DNA of 64,000 bases from Phycisphaerales bacterium (GCA_003142595.1 PLMU01000008.1:57-64056); one strand, 5' to 3'; counted from the stretch's first letter, positions 1-10,687 are shown. The notes: generated by a model not told the origin, from the sequence alone. Numbers and translations: made by a program.

Positions 1-530
1 ATATAGGAGCAGGTTATTGTGAGTTCATAAATAATATAGATTGTGCCAAGAAATATGCTATTGATTTGAACAAAAACACCGTTCAATTCGCCGATTCGAA
101 TGTTAAGGTATTCATTTGTCCTTCTGAGGATATGTCGCCAATTTCTGACGAATCAATAGATATTATATTTATGAGCAATTTCCTGGAGCATCTTGAGTCC
201 AGACAACAGATCCTCCGGACACTTGAGGAAGCTCGGCGAGCGCTTAAACCAACCGGCTCCATATTAATTCTTATGCCTAATATTCGATATCTCTACAAAG
301 AATATTGGGATTTCCTTGACCACCGTATTCCCCTTAGTGACAAAAGCGTAATAGAGGCCCTTTTAATTACAGGGTTTAAGATTAAACAATCTATATCCAA
401 ATTTTTACCATATACAACAAAAAGCAAATTTCCACAGTTGCCTTTCCTGGTTCGTCTTTATCTTAAAATGCCGTTAGCATGGAAAATTTTTGGCAAACAA
501 GCGTTCATAATTGCTCGAAAGAATGGATAA
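1..530 (+). CDS. class I SAM-dependent methyltransferase, 5' end outside window
   Basis: Frame is open from nt 3 (IGAGYCEF, SAM-binding motif I) into ORF 66..530. Carries an LKPTGSILILMPN region typical of Methyltransf_11-type enzymes. The stop overlaps the next gene's start (ATGGATAA). Confidence 0.7.
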   Translation, partial: IGAGYCEFINNIDCAKKYAIDLNKNTVQFADSNVKVFICPSEDMSPISDESIDIIFMSNFLEHLESRQQILRTLEEARRALKPTGSILILMPNIRYLYKEYWDFLDHRIPLSDKSVIEALLITGFKIKQSISKFLPYTTKSKFPQLPFLVRLYLKMPLAWKIFGKQAFIIARKNG

Positions 531-1233
531 ATTGATAAGCATAATAATTCCTGTTTACAACGAGGGAGCTAATATAGAAGCTACACTTCTTGCCATTGAA
601 CAGAAAGTTCATCCTCCTCACAGAATTTATATTGTTTACGATTTTGACGAAGATAACACACTGCCTATCGCAAAAAAAAAGCTGCAGCAGGGTTTGCCCA
701 TAGAGTTGCTAAAAAATCCTGTCAGGGGCGTGGCGAATGCGATTAAAACAGGTCTCAGGAAAGCCGGCGGCGACTATCTACTTGTAACAATGGCGGATTT
801 GTCGGACGATTATTCTGTAGTGGACCAGATGTGTCAGACGATGTCGCAGGGCTACGATATTGTCTGCGGCTCAAGATATATGAAAGGCGGAAAGCAGATT
901 GGCGGACCATTTTTTAAGAAACTGCTCTCCAGAACCGCAGGAGTCAGCCTTAGATATATTACCAGCCTGCCAGTTCACGATGCAACAAACAGCTTTAAAC
1001 TCTATAGAAAGTCTATGGTGGACAAGATCGATATCCAGAGCGAAAATGGATTTGAAATAGGAATGGAAATAGTCGTCAAAGCCCATTTTTCAGGATATAA
1101 AGTAACCGAAGTGCCATGCACCTGGACAGACCGCACGGCCGGCCAGTCAAGATTCAGGATTTTAAAATGGCTGCCGAAATATCTCAGGTGGTATTTTTAC
1201 GCTTTGAGCAAAAATTTCCGTAATAAATTTTGA
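523..1233 (+). CDS. family 2 glycosyltransferase, polyprenol-phosphate sugar synthase-like (DPM1/GtrB-like)
   Basis: ISIIIPVYNEG near the N-terminus, a DxD-like region (VYDFDEDNT, MADLSDD) and about 236 aa with no TM segment. ATG at 523 is in frame with the track's TTG at 511. Confidence 0.8.
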   Translation: MDKLISIIIPVYNEGANIEATLLAIEQKVHPPHRIYIVYDFDEDNTLPIAKKKLQQGLPIELLKNPVRGVANAIKTGLRKAGGDYLLVTMADLSDDYSVVDQMCQTMSQGYDIVCGSRYMKGGKQIGGPFFKKLLSRTAGVSLRYITSLPVHDATNSFKLYRKSMVDKIDIQSENGFEIGMEIVVKAHFSGYKVTEVPCTWTDRTAGQSRFRILKWLPKYLRWYFYALSKNFRNKF

Positions 1234-1248
1234 CTTGCTGAGGGAAAA

Positions 1249-2571
1249 ATGGATTCGAACCATACACTTTCGGCGACAATAAAAAAAAATGTTGTTTCCA
1301 TTGTGATTATTCTGCCAATCATTTGCACATTCTATTATGTGTATATTTATGGCATTACAATTCCATATTGGGACCAGTGGGAACTTGTCCCTCTACTTGA
1401 AAAAATGCATAATCATACCCTCAGTCTGGCCGACCTTTGGGCCCAGCACAACGAGCACAGGATAATATTCCCTCAGATTGTAATGCTGTTTCTTGCCCGG
1501 CTGTCAAACTGGAATATATTTTGGGAATTATGCACAAATATGGTGCTGGCAATATTTATTCTCCTGTTTCTTCTATCCATACTCCATAACACAATAAAAT
1601 CGACATCGCCATTTCTAAAGATTTTCATCTCTATGATGGTGTTCTCTATGGTTCAGAGAGAAAACTGGGAATGGGGATGGCAAATTCAGATGTTTATGTC
1701 CGTACTGGGCTCGGTTATCGCGATATGGGCCGCAAATAAATGGCAAGGAAAAGCTATCGGGCTAATTGTTGTAATACCGGCGGCCATATTGTCCAGCTAC
1801 TCTTTCAATTCGGGCCTGATAACATGGCCTGTTGTGCTTGTTATTTTTCTATTGCAGAAAAAATGGAAACTAAAGCATATTATAATATTAGTTTCAGCCT
1901 GCATCGCAACGGTCGTGCTGTACTATTATAAATACACAAAACCCGCCATTCATCCTCCGGTGTTATTCTTTATGAGCCATCCATTAAGTTACACCGAATA
2001 TGTAACAACATATTTAGGAGGATCTTTGAGCTGGAATTATTATGGCTGTATGGCAGTTACGATAATTTCACTGTTTCTAATATCACTGGCGATTTTCAAT
2101 CTCTGGCGATTCGACAAACAAAAACTGCAGGAGCTGGCACCCTGGCTGGGGCTGGCATTATATGCCTGTATGGCGGCCTGCGCAACGGGATTGGGAAGAG
2201 CAGGTTTTGGATGGCAGCAGGCACTGTCCAGCAGATATACAACCATCTCAATTTTTCTGCCGCTTTGTGCCATTATTCTGCTGCGAGACTCAATAAGATT
2301 TAATCCCAAAAAGAAAAAAGAACCTCTAAAAAGCATAATTTTTATAATCATTATACTTACGTTTATCGTATTGTATATCATCAGTTATCGCGATGGTATA
2401 CAAAGTATGAAGGCATTTACGACATACACCAAGGTCTCAGCATTTTGTCTGACTAAACCTCAACTGGCCAATGATTATTTTCTGAAAAGATTGTATCCTG
2501 ACCCCACTATCATCAAACCAAGAATTCAAACTTTGGCTGAGCTGGGCATAAAATTCAAGGCCGATAAATAA
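1249..2571 (+). CDS. polytopic integral membrane protein, possible GT-C-type glycosyltransferase
   Basis: 440 aa with more than 10 hydrophobic segments. SD GAGGG lies upstream of the ATG. Sits directly after the GT2 gene, in a GtrB/Gtr-like arrangement. Function is inferred from context only. Confidence 0.55.
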   Translation: MDSNHTLSATIKKNVVSIVIILPIICTFYYVYIYGITIPYWDQWELVPLLEKMHNHTLSLADLWAQHNEHRIIFPQIVMLFLARLSNWNIFWELCTNMVLAIFILLFLLSILHNTIKSTSPFLKIFISMMVFSMVQRENWEWGWQIQMFMSVLGSVIAIWAANKWQGKAIGLIVVIPAAILSSYSFNSGLITWPVVLVIFLLQKKWKLKHIIILVSACIATVVLYYYKYTKPAIHPPVLFFMSHPLSYTEYVTTYLGGSLSWNYYGCMAVTIISLFLISLAIFNLWRFDKQKLQELAPWLGLALYACMAACATGLGRAGFGWQQALSSRYTTISIFLPLCAIILLRDSIRFNPKKKKEPLKSIIFIIIILTFIVLYIISYRDGIQSMKAFTTYTKVSAFCLTKPQLANDYFLKRLYPDPTIIKPRIQTLAELGIKFKADK

Positions 2572-2614
2572 AATAGATAATGGAATTTTTCAGAGAGATG
2601 GACAGTTTTTCTCG

Positions 2615-4228
2615 CTAATTTTCACTTTTGCCTCTTAACTCTCCTAATTCCGGAGCCTTCATCAGCCAAAGGACAGCTACAAAAACGATTGCCCCCACCG
2701 GCACACATACACCTAAAACGACCAGATTATTCACATTCCTCATATACCATTCTAAATAATAAACGATGCCCGCCATTACAGCACAAGCAACTATCGCCCT
2801 TGCCAAACTTTTGGCGATTTTTCGGCCGCCTAAAAGGCCAAGCCGTTTGCGTAATATTAAAATAAGAATTATCGTATTCATCGCGAAAGTTATCGACGTC
2901 GAAAGGCCGAATGCGCCCGGCCCCATACCCGGCAGCCATATAAGCGAAAGCAAAAGCAATATATTAAAAACGGCGAGAATACAGGAAACCTTAAGAGGAG
3001 TTATTGTGTCTTTGCAGGCGTAAAACGCTCTTGCGAGGATTTGATAACTGCAATACGCCCACATTCCAAGGACATACATTTTCAAGACAAACGCGGCCTG
3101 CATAGCATCAGGAACGGTAAATTTTCGCCTGGCGTAAATCATCATTATCGGTTCGGCAAGAATATACAAGCCGACACCGGTGGCAAGGCCTTCCATCAGC
3201 GAAAGACGAATGGCACGGTTGATACTGTCGCGCAGATTTGGAATATCGCCGCGGGAGGCATAACGGCTCAATAGCGGAAAAACAGCGACGCCGAGCGAGA
3301 TTGCAAGTACGCCCATAGGAAACTGATAAAATGAACGGGCGGCACCAACTCTCACAATTACACCTTCTCTGAGCGGACATGGAATCGACCAGCCGAAAAT
3401 ATTAATTGCCGGAGATAATTTTGTTAAGGTAAGATTCCATGCGATGATATCCTGAAAAACTTCTGAGAACTGCAGAAACCCAAGTCCCAAAAGCATCGGC
3501 ATAATAAGCTGAATAATCGGCTTGATTCCGGGTTCTATCGGTTTAAGCCGGGGACGGAGAGACAGGCCGGTTTTTTCCAGCAGCCATAAAACTGCGGCCA
3601 GCTGCACAACGCCGGCGACAACAACGCTAAACGCCACCAGAACAAGCTGGTGCTGAAGGTTTTGTTTAAGCATCGGTGCAAGCCACCATGCAGCGATAAT
3701 TCCGAAAATATTAAAAATTATCGGGGCAAAGGCGGGAAAGACGAAATGACCTCTTGCGTTAAGAGCCGCTGAACAGAGAGCAAGCAGGCAAACAGTGAAC
3801 ATATAAGGATACATAATTATCGCCAGCAACATCAGAAATTCTCTGTCTTTGGGGCCTGGCACAAGGGAATAAATGAAAAACCCCAGTTCGCCGATAACCA
3901 GCAGAATCGCCAGAAAAACAGCCAGCAAAGCAAAAGAATTTGCAAGCAGCAAACGAGCTTTTTCGGCGCCTTCTTTTTCGTGGACATCGGTAAAAACCGG
4001 CACAAACGCCGAGGCAAGCGCACCTTCGCCAAACAGGCGTCTGAAAAGATTTGGAATTTTAAACGCCAGGCCAAAAGCGTCGTTGTAACGGGTAGCACCG
4101 AGCGATGTGATGCCTAAATCGCGGAAAAAGCCGAATATGCGGGAAAGCAGCGTAATTACCGCCACTGTTTTGGCGGCGTTAAAAAAGTGTTCACGCTCCT
4201 TATGTTCGCTTTGAATTTTTTCATCCAT
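2615..4228 (-). CDS. murJ: lipid II flippase MurJ
   Basis: LSRIFGFFRD..ATRYNDAFGLAFKIPNLFRRLFGEGALASAFVPVF is the MurJ/MviN N-terminal signature. 537 aa, polytopic. Confidence 0.9.
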   Translation of the reverse strand: MDEKIQSEHKEREHFFNAAKTVAVITLLSRIFGFFRDLGITSLGATRYNDAFGLAFKIPNLFRRLFGEGALASAFVPVFTDVHEKEGAEKARLLLANSFALLAVFLAILLVIGELGFFIYSLVPGPKDREFLMLLAIIMYPYMFTVCLLALCSAALNARGHFVFPAFAPIIFNIFGIIAAWWLAPMLKQNLQHQLVLVAFSVVVAGVVQLAAVLWLLEKTGLSLRPRLKPIEPGIKPIIQLIMPMLLGLGFLQFSEVFQDIIAWNLTLTKLSPAINIFGWSIPCPLREGVIVRVGAARSFYQFPMGVLAISLGVAVFPLLSRYASRGDIPNLRDSINRAIRLSLMEGLATGVGLYILAEPIMMIYARRKFTVPDAMQAAFVLKMYVLGMWAYCSYQILARAFYACKDTITPLKVSCILAVFNILLLLSLIWLPGMGPGAFGLSTSITFAMNTIILILILRKRLGLLGGRKIAKSLARAIVACAVMAGIVYYLEWYMRNVNNLVVLGVCVPVGAIVFVAVLWLMKAPELGELRGKSEN

Positions 4229-4289
4229 AGGTATGGATTATAATTTACAAACCGTCTCAACTCCAGGCAAAAACATCAGGAAAAACACT

Positions 4290-6149
4290 CTACTGAGAGG
4301 TTTTGCGGGCAGCGCGGCGGCGGTCCTCTTCTCTCAGGAAACGCTTGCGGATTCGAATTGAATTAGGACAAATTTCAACAAGCTCGTCGGACTGTATGTA
4401 CTCCATAGAAAGCTCAAGACTCATTATTCTGGCGGCTTTGACTCGTGCGGCCTCGTCTTTGCCGGACGCTCGCATATTGCTCATCTGTTTTAGTTTTACC
4501 GCATTAACGGGTATATCATTGTCCTTGCAGTGTTCGCCAACGACCTGGCCTTCATAAACCGTATCGCCGGGCTCAACAAAAAAAGTGCCCCTGTCGTATA
4601 ATGCGTCAAGCGCATAAGCTGTTACCTGGCCGGCATTTGTAGCGACCATAACGCCCGATTTACGCTGAGGAATCGAGCCCCGCATAGGCTCATATCTTTC
4701 AAAAGAATGATGCATAATCGCTTTGCCCTGTGTGGCGTTCATCATCCTTGCGTTAAGACCAAACAGGCCGCGGGACGGTATAAGAAATTCCATATGAATA
4801 AAATCGCTGGTGCCGCTCTTGGCGTCTATTTTCAAAACTTCGCAGCGTCTCTCGCCGATAAGGCCCATTACTGCGCTTTGAGAATCAATAGGACAATCAA
4901 CCGCAAGCAATTCTATAGGCTCCTGATGTATGCCATCTATAACTTTCACAATAACTTCAGGTTTGCCGACGCAAACTTCATATCCTTCGCGCCGCATATT
5001 CTCCAAAAGTATTCCAAGATGCATAAGTCCCCTGCCGGAAACAATGTATTCCTCAGGTGTCAGGCCGGGTTCAACCCGCAACGCGACATTGTGTTGAAGT
5101 TCCTTTTCAAGTCTTTCGCCAATCTGCCTGCTTGTTACATATTTGCCGTCACGGCCCGCGAAAGGTCCATCGTTGACTCTGAATGTCATCGACATGGTCG
5201 GCTCATCGACTGCAATAACGGCAAGCTTGGATGGATTGTCCGGACAGGCAATAGTATTTGCGATATCGACAGGGTCAAGACCCGATACGGCACATATATC
5301 GCCCGCTAAAACTTCCGACACCTGCTTTCGAGTAAGACCATCGAACAAATGAACTTGCATAACCTTCTGCAGAGTATGAACATTATTTGCGTCAATTACG
5401 GTAACGTTCTGACCTTCGCTTATCTTTCCGGCGAAGACCCTGCCTACCGCGATCTTTCCCACATAATCGGAATATTCAAGACTTGTTACGAGCATTTGCA
5501 GCGGAGCATCGAGATCGGCCTTGGGCGGAGGAACTTTATCAATAATGGTTTCAAATACTATTTGCATATTGGTAGTTTTCTTATCAGGGTCAGTTGTTGC
5601 CCATCCTTGTCTTGCAGAAGCGTAAATAATAGGAAAATCGAGAGCATCATCGGTAGCGCCGAGTTGAACGAGCAAATCGAATACTTCGTTGACAACTTCG
5701 TGCGGCCTGCTGTTTTCACGGTCAATCTTATTGATTACAATTATGGGTTTTAATTTATTCTCAAGAGCCTTGGTTAATACAAATCTTGTCTGCGGCATAG
5801 GCCCTTCAAACGCATCGACCAGGAGCAATACGCCATCGGCCATTTTTAAAACGCGTTCGACTTCGCCGCCGAAATCGGCGTGGCCGGGTGTGTCGATAAT
5901 ATTGATTTTATATTCATCTCCCTGGAGATCAGTGTAGTAAACCGCGCAATTTTTGCTCAGGATTGTTATGCCACGCTCCCGCTCGATGGGGTTCGAGTCC
6001 ATAATAAGATCTGCCTCGCCGCCGGCCAGTTTATCAAGGTCCTCTGTCCGGAACATTCCGGATTGATACAGAAGCTTATCAACCAGCGTCGTTTTGCCGT
6101 GGTCAACGTGTGCGATTATCGCTACATTACGAATATAATTTGAATACAT
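4290..6149 (-). CDS. typA: translational GTPase TypA/BipA
   Basis: [36 protein letters not shown] and NKIDR G-motifs, about 620 aa. Start placed at the internal Met (MYSNYIRNV); the track ORF extends to 6182. Confidence 0.9.
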   Translation of the reverse strand: MYSNYIRNVAIIAHVDHGKTTLVDKLLYQSGMFRTEDLDKLAGGEADLIMDSNPIERERGITILSKNCAVYYTDLQGDEYKINIIDTPGHADFGGEVERVLKMADGVLLLVDAFEGPMPQTRFVLTKALENKLKPIIVINKIDRENSRPHEVVNEVFDLLVQLGATDDALDFPIIYASARQGWATTDPDKKTTNMQIVFETIIDKVPPPKADLDAPLQMLVTSLEYSDYVGKIAVGRVFAGKISEGQNVTVIDANNVHTLQKVMQVHLFDGLTRKQVSEVLAGDICAVSGLDPVDIANTIACPDNPSKLAVIAVDEPTMSMTFRVNDGPFAGRDGKYVTSRQIGERLEKELQHNVALRVEPGLTPEEYIVSGRGLMHLGILLENMRREGYEVCVGKPEVIVKVIDGIHQEPIELLAVDCPIDSQSAVMGLIGERRCEVLKIDAKSGTSDFIHMEFLIPSRGLFGLNARMMNATQGKAIMHHSFERYEPMRGSIPQRKSGVMVATNAGQVTAYALDALYDRGTFFVEPGDTVYEGQVVGEHCKDNDIPVNAVKLKQMSNMRASGKDEAARVKAARIMSLELSMEYIQSDELVEICPNSIRIRKRFLREEDRRRAARKTSQ

Positions 6150-6225
6150 AAAAATCCCTAAAATCTTAAAAAGGTTAGTCAATAATCAGGATGTGTTTTA
6201 ATCCCTATTATGGAAAAGGAACATT

Positions 6226-6597
6226 CTATATGCCTGAACCGCAAATGTCAACCTGATTCTTAATCCAGGCAATTAAAACTAAAACGATGTAATTTACATC
6301 TGAACCGCTCAATGGCTTATTTTGACTGATATTATGCCATTTTTTCAGGCATTTGCGGCAGCAGGTTCCTGTGGCGTGCTGAGCGATAAAAACCGGATGA
6401 CCTTTAGTCGGCGTTTGCTTGCCGTCATTTTTAGGTTCGGCCAAGGCGAGACGCTTACTAATAAAATCTCTGGCGTGCCGCTCGATTGTCGCTATCCCCC
6501 TTTCATTAATGTATTCAATGTCAGCAGGTTTAAGTTTAAAACTGCTTCTAAATTTAGACCTTGAAAGCTTTTCAAAAAGTTTGTCAAAATCTCCCAT
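6226..6597 (-). CDS. DUF4186 family protein
   Basis: FRSSFKL..DIEY...GHPVFIAQHATGTCCRKCLKKWH pattern recognised as DUF4186. The start overlaps the DJ-1 stop by 1 nt. Confidence 0.65.
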   Translation of the reverse strand: MGDFDKLFEKLSRSKFRSSFKLKPADIEYINERGIATIERHARDFISKRLALAEPKNDGKQTPTKGHPVFIAQHATGTCCRKCLKKWHNISQNKPLSGSDVNYIVLVLIAWIKNQVDICGSGI

Positions 6598-7148
6598 TAC
6601 TTTACCAGCATCGCTTTGGCTAACTGCTGACTTTTTTCGCTGCCGAACAAAAGTTCAACCAGTTTCAGCGAAAACTCAAGTGCCGTTCCGGGCCCCTGGA
6701 AAGTGATGCAGTTGCCGTCAACAACAACAGTTTGATTTATCGCCTGTTTGTTTTTCAGCGTGTCGATAAAAGCTGGAAAACAGGTCGCCTTTTTATCTGC
6801 CAATAAACCATGATGTTCAAATACGACCGCAGGCGAGGCGCAAATCGCGGCATAAAATCTGCCGGATGCCTTCTGCTGTTTCAGCATCTCGACAAGCCCT
6901 TTACTGTCGCGAAGATTTTCAGCTCCAGGCATTCCGCCCGGCAGGACTATAAGGTCATAGACCTGACCTAAACAGTCGCCAATTAAGCAATCGGCAGTAA
7001 TTTTGACCTTTCTGGCGGTGATAATCTGCAGTTTTTGCACAGAAGCGATGGTTAAATCGGCCCCTGCCCGTCTGAGACAATCAATTATCGCAATTGCTTC
7101 CAATTCCTCTGTGCCGTCCGCAACGGCTATAAGTGCCTTTTTACTCAT
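6597..7148 (-). CDS. DJ-1/PfpI (YajL-like) family protein
   Basis: LVLPGGMPGAENL and the nucleophile elbow AAICASPA, 183 aa. Confidence 0.85.
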   Translation of the reverse strand: MSKKALIAVADGTEELEAIAIIDCLRRAGADLTIASVQKLQIITARKVKITADCLIGDCLGQVYDLIVLPGGMPGAENLRDSKGLVEMLKQQKASGRFYAAICASPAVVFEHHGLLADKKATCFPAFIDTLKNKQAINQTVVVDGNCITFQGPGTALEFSLKLVELLFGSEKSQQLAKAMLVK

Positions 7149-7166
7149 AAAAATTCCTCTTACAAC

Positions 7167-7206
7167 TTTAACAATATTCTAATATAATACTAATAATATA
7201 CGAACA
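7167..7206 (+). promoter_or_regulatory. putative Pho-box array upstream of phoB
   Basis: Four 7-nt units at exact 11-bp phase: TTTAACA(7167) TCTAATA(7178) ACTAATA(7189) ACGAACA(7200). They lie 50-90 nt upstream of the phoB ATG. The same unit recurs at 9226 and 10688. Confidence 0.4.
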
Positions 7207-7254
7207 AAGATTAAATATCATTGAGTAAAAGATATTTTACACGGAAAAGCTGTT

Positions 7255-7938
7255 ATGGCAAAAGAAAACATTCTAATCGTGGACGATGAGGAAGATGTCC
7301 TCGAACTGGTACGTTTTAATCTCGAAAAAAACGGCTATAAAACCGAGACTGCCGTTTCTGGTGAAGAGGCTCTTGAAAAAGCAAAAGCAAAATCGCCCGA
7401 TTTGATTATTTTAGACCTTATGCTTCCCGGCATCGATGGACTTGAAGTCTGTAAAAAACTAAAAAGCAATACCAAGACAGAAAACATTCCTGTAATAATG
7501 CTCACGGCCAAAAGCGAGGAATCTGATATTATAACGGGTTTGGAACTGGGAGCTCAGGACTATATCACCAAACCATTCAGCCCAAAAGTATTGATTGCAA
7601 GAGTAAGGCGGATACTGCAGAAAGTCATCGCGCACGATTTGGAAAAGGCACCTGTCAAAATTCACGAATTAACCATTGACCCTGCACGTCACGAAGTCCT
7701 GATTAAAAATAAACCTGTGGAACTTACCTTTACGGAATTCAGCATTCTCTATACGTTGACCAAACGCCCCGGGCTGGTTTTCACGCGATACCAGATTGTA
7801 GATTCCATTCGCGGAGGAGATTACCTTGTTACCGACCGGGCAATTGACGTGCAGATAGTTTCTCTGCGAAAAAAATTAGGTCCAATCGGTAAATATATTG
7901 AAACTGTTCGAGGCATCGGCTATAAATTCAGGGATTAA
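7255..7938 (+). CDS. phoB: OmpR/PhoB-family response regulator
   Basis: Receiver domain (VDDEEDV, DLIILDLMLPG, TAK) plus a winged-helix C-terminus (VRGIGYKF). Adjacent to a phoR-like kinase and the pst operon. Confidence 0.85.
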   Translation: MAKENILIVDDEEDVLELVRFNLEKNGYKTETAVSGEEALEKAKAKSPDLIILDLMLPGIDGLEVCKKLKSNTKTENIPVIMLTAKSEESDIITGLELGAQDYITKPFSPKVLIARVRRILQKVIAHDLEKAPVKIHELTIDPARHEVLIKNKPVELTFTEFSILYTLTKRPGLVFTRYQIVDSIRGGDYLVTDRAIDVQIVSLRKKLGPIGKYIETVRGIGYKFRD

Positions 7939-7940
7939 TT

Positions 7941-9230
7941 ATGGCCAGAAAACGCCTTATTTGGCAGCTTTACTTTACCTACCTGTTAGTAATTGTCGCG
8001 GCCCTGGCGGCGGCAACGTGGTATTTTTCAGCCTCTTTCCGCCAGTTCTACATTGACCAAACCGCCGACAAACTCAGTACACTGGCAAAAGTGTACAGCA
8101 CTCAAATCACGCCCCTGGTGCAGGAATCTAAAAACGACGAGATTGACACCCTCTGTAAAAAATTCAGCAAACTGAGTGCGGTGCGAATTACAATTATAAG
8201 CACTTCAGGCACAGTGCTTGGCGATTCCGAGCAGGACCCTGCGAAAATGGAAAATCATTCCGACCGGCCGGAATTCATCCAGGCGATTCAAAAATCCTTC
8301 GGCCAATCCATCAGATTAAGTCATACTCTCGATAAAAAAATGCTGTATATAGCTTTGCCAATTGTCAGCAACGGCAAAACAATCGCTGTTATTCGCACAG
8401 CAATATCCATCAATATGATTGACGATAAACTTCATTATATTTACATTAAAATCGCAGCTGCCGCAATTTTAGTCTCGGTCATAGTCGCTTTTTTGAGCGT
8501 CGCTGTTATTATGCTTAACGACACAACAAAAATCCGCAGACTCGAAAATATAAGAAAAGATTTCGTCGCCAATGTTTCACACGAACTGAAAACTCCCATT
8601 ACCTCAATTAAAGGTTTTGTCGAGACACTGCTTGACGGAAGCGTAAAAGACCCGGCTCAAATTCGTCAGTTTCTTGAAATAATATCGAAACACACTCAAA
8701 GGCTGGACGCCATAGTAGATGACCTTTTAAGCCTTTCGCGTCTGGAAGAAAACAAATCCAGGAGAGATATAGTTTTCAATAAAGTATATCTCAAATCGAT
8801 ACTGGCCGCGGCAATCGAACTTTCGAATATAAAAGTATCTCAAAAACAAATTACGATAAATCTTAACTGTCTCGACGACTTTAAAATCAATGCGAATACA
8901 CTTCTGCTTGAGCAGGCGGTATTTAATTTGATAGATAACGCCATAAAATACAGCGAACCTGACAATACTATAAAAATTACCGCACAGGAATCAGAAAAGG
9001 AAATATTGATTTCCGTCCAGGATAACGGCTGCGGAATAGAGCAAAAGCATCTGTCACGCCTTTTCGAGCGTTTTTACGTAGTCGATAAAAGCAGGAGCCG
9101 CAAACTCGGCGGAACAGGACTTGGGCTTTCAATTGTAAAGCACATCGCCCAGCTTCATAAAGGCTCTGTATCCGTTGAAAGCACACCTGGAAAAGGAAGC
9201 ACCTTCACAATTCATCTGCCGACAGTTTAA
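7941..9230 (+). CDS. phoR: PhoR-like sensor histidine kinase
   Basis: Two TM segments, H-box FVANVSHELKTP, N-box NLIDNAIKYS, and G-boxes DNGCGI and GGTGLGLSIV. Confidence 0.8.
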   Translation: MARKRLIWQLYFTYLLVIVAALAAATWYFSASFRQFYIDQTADKLSTLAKVYSTQITPLVQESKNDEIDTLCKKFSKLSAVRITIISTSGTVLGDSEQDPAKMENHSDRPEFIQAIQKSFGQSIRLSHTLDKKMLYIALPIVSNGKTIAVIRTAISINMIDDKLHYIYIKIAAAAILVSVIVAFLSVAVIMLNDTTKIRRLENIRKDFVANVSHELKTPITSIKGFVETLLDGSVKDPAQIRQFLEIISKHTQRLDAIVDDLLSLSRLEENKSRRDIVFNKVYLKSILAAAIELSNIKVSQKQITINLNCLDDFKINANTLLLEQAVFNLIDNAIKYSEPDNTIKITAQESEKEILISVQDNGCGIEQKHLSRLFERFYVVDKSRSRKLGGTGLGLSIVKHIAQLHKGSVSVESTPGKGSTFTIHLPTV

Positions 9231-9265
9231 TTCAATTCTAATATAAGTTTAACACACATTTAACA
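9226..9265 (+). promoter_or_regulatory. putative Pho-box array upstream of the porin gene
   Basis: TTTAATT(9226) TCTAATA(9237) TTTAACA(9248) TTTAACA(9259), at exact 11-bp phase, overlapping the phoR stop. Confidence 0.45.
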
Positions 9266-9326
9266 CTTTCAAATTAACTTGTACTTCAATGTAAAAATAA
9301 AAAACAAGTTTTTTGGAGGTGTAACA

Positions 9327-10682
9327 ATGAAAAAAGGATTTATTTGTGTATTTTTGCAGTGCATTGTAGCGGCAAGTTTTTGCCAAACTTTAAAGGCAGA
9401 TTCGCCGTCTGTGTCCGAGGCTAACAAACCTGCATACAACTTTAAACATCCAACCGACTGGCTTGACCTTAGCGGAGACTTACGTTTTCGTTATATGTAT
9501 GATAATAATCGCAAGCTCAACGATGATGAAAAAGGGCACGACAGAAGCCAGTTACGCCTTCGAGCAAGAGTACAGGCAAAGATAAAATTGACAGACGACC
9601 TTGATTTTAATATCCGGCTTATAACAGAGCCGAGATATTTTCTTGAAGCAGCTGCCGAGAAGCACAAGTGGGCATATAACGAAGGGCTGTTCGATAAGTT
9701 CAACCTGACCTGGAGAAATGCTTTTGGACAACCTCTCACTATAGTCGCCGGCAGGCAGGACATAATACTCGGCACCGGGTGGCTCGTTTCTGACGGCACA
9801 CCGCTGGACGGCAGCAGGTCGGGTTTCTTTGACGCTCTTAGATTTACATATAATATAAAAGACTGGGACGCCACAGCGGATGTCATATTGATAGACAATC
9901 ACGGCGACAGCGCAAAATGGTTAAAGCCAATCAACGACAGGGACATCGACCTTTCCGAGCAGGATGAGCAAGGCGGCATATTTTATTTTAACAAAAAAAC
10001 ATCGAAAGATTCCGGCTTCGACGCGTACATGCTTTATCAGCACGATACAAAGATAGTTGCGAAAAGCGGCGGCGCTAAAGGCGAAATATATACTCCAGGG
10101 GCAAGATTATACGGCAAATTAACCGACCATTGGGGATACAGCGCCGAATTCGCACCGCAGTTCGGACACAAAAACGGCAAAGACCTTCATTCATTCGGAA
10201 CAAACGACCAGTTGATTTACAATTTCAACGATGAAAGGAATAACAGGATATATCTGGGCTATGAATATCTTTCCGGAAACAAAGACAAAGACAAGTATTT
10301 CGACAGAGGCTGGGGACGAGTCGATTCATGGAGCGTTCTGTATCAGGGAAATATCGACGCCATCGACGGCAGAGCGTATGAAAGCTCAAATTTGCACAGG
10401 TTTTATACAGACTGGGCGACCAAACTTTCCGAAAAATTAGAGTTCAAGACCGGTTATGCACTTCTTCTTGCCGACAAGAACACTCTCAAGGCTGGCACAG
10501 GCGGATTAAGCCAAGACGGTAAAGTACGTGGGCATCTGGTGAAAGCTATGTTTACTTATACGCAAGCTAAAAACATTGTCCACAGGCTCGAAGGCGAATT
10601 ATTTTTCCCCGGCAGTTACTACACCAACCCCAGAAACAGCACCGCTGCCTTTTTCAGATACACTTTAACATTTACATGGTAG
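9327..10682 (+). CDS. outer-membrane beta-barrel porin (alginate-export-like family), candidate phosphate-starvation porin
   Basis: SD GGAGG lies 7 nt before the ATG at 9327. Signal peptide MKKGFICVFLQCIVAASFCQTLKA, alternating beta-strand pattern, and a C-terminal FFRYTLTFTW aromatic end. The family call is from memory of Alginate_exp-like sequences. Confidence 0.6.
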   Translation: MKKGFICVFLQCIVAASFCQTLKADSPSVSEANKPAYNFKHPTDWLDLSGDLRFRYMYDNNRKLNDDEKGHDRSQLRLRARVQAKIKLTDDLDFNIRLITEPRYFLEAAAEKHKWAYNEGLFDKFNLTWRNAFGQPLTIVAGRQDIILGTGWLVSDGTPLDGSRSGFFDALRFTYNIKDWDATADVILIDNHGDSAKWLKPINDRDIDLSEQDEQGGIFYFNKKTSKDSGFDAYMLYQHDTKIVAKSGGAKGEIYTPGARLYGKLTDHWGYSAEFAPQFGHKNGKDLHSFGTNDQLIYNFNDERNNRIYLGYEYLSGNKDKDKYFDRGWGRVDSWSVLYQGNIDAIDGRAYESSNLHRFYTDWATKLSEKLEFKTGYALLLADKNTLKAGTGGLSQDGKVRGHLVKAMFTYTQAKNIVHRLEGELFFPGSYYTNPRNSTAAFFRYTLTFTW

Positions 10683-10687
10683 GAATG

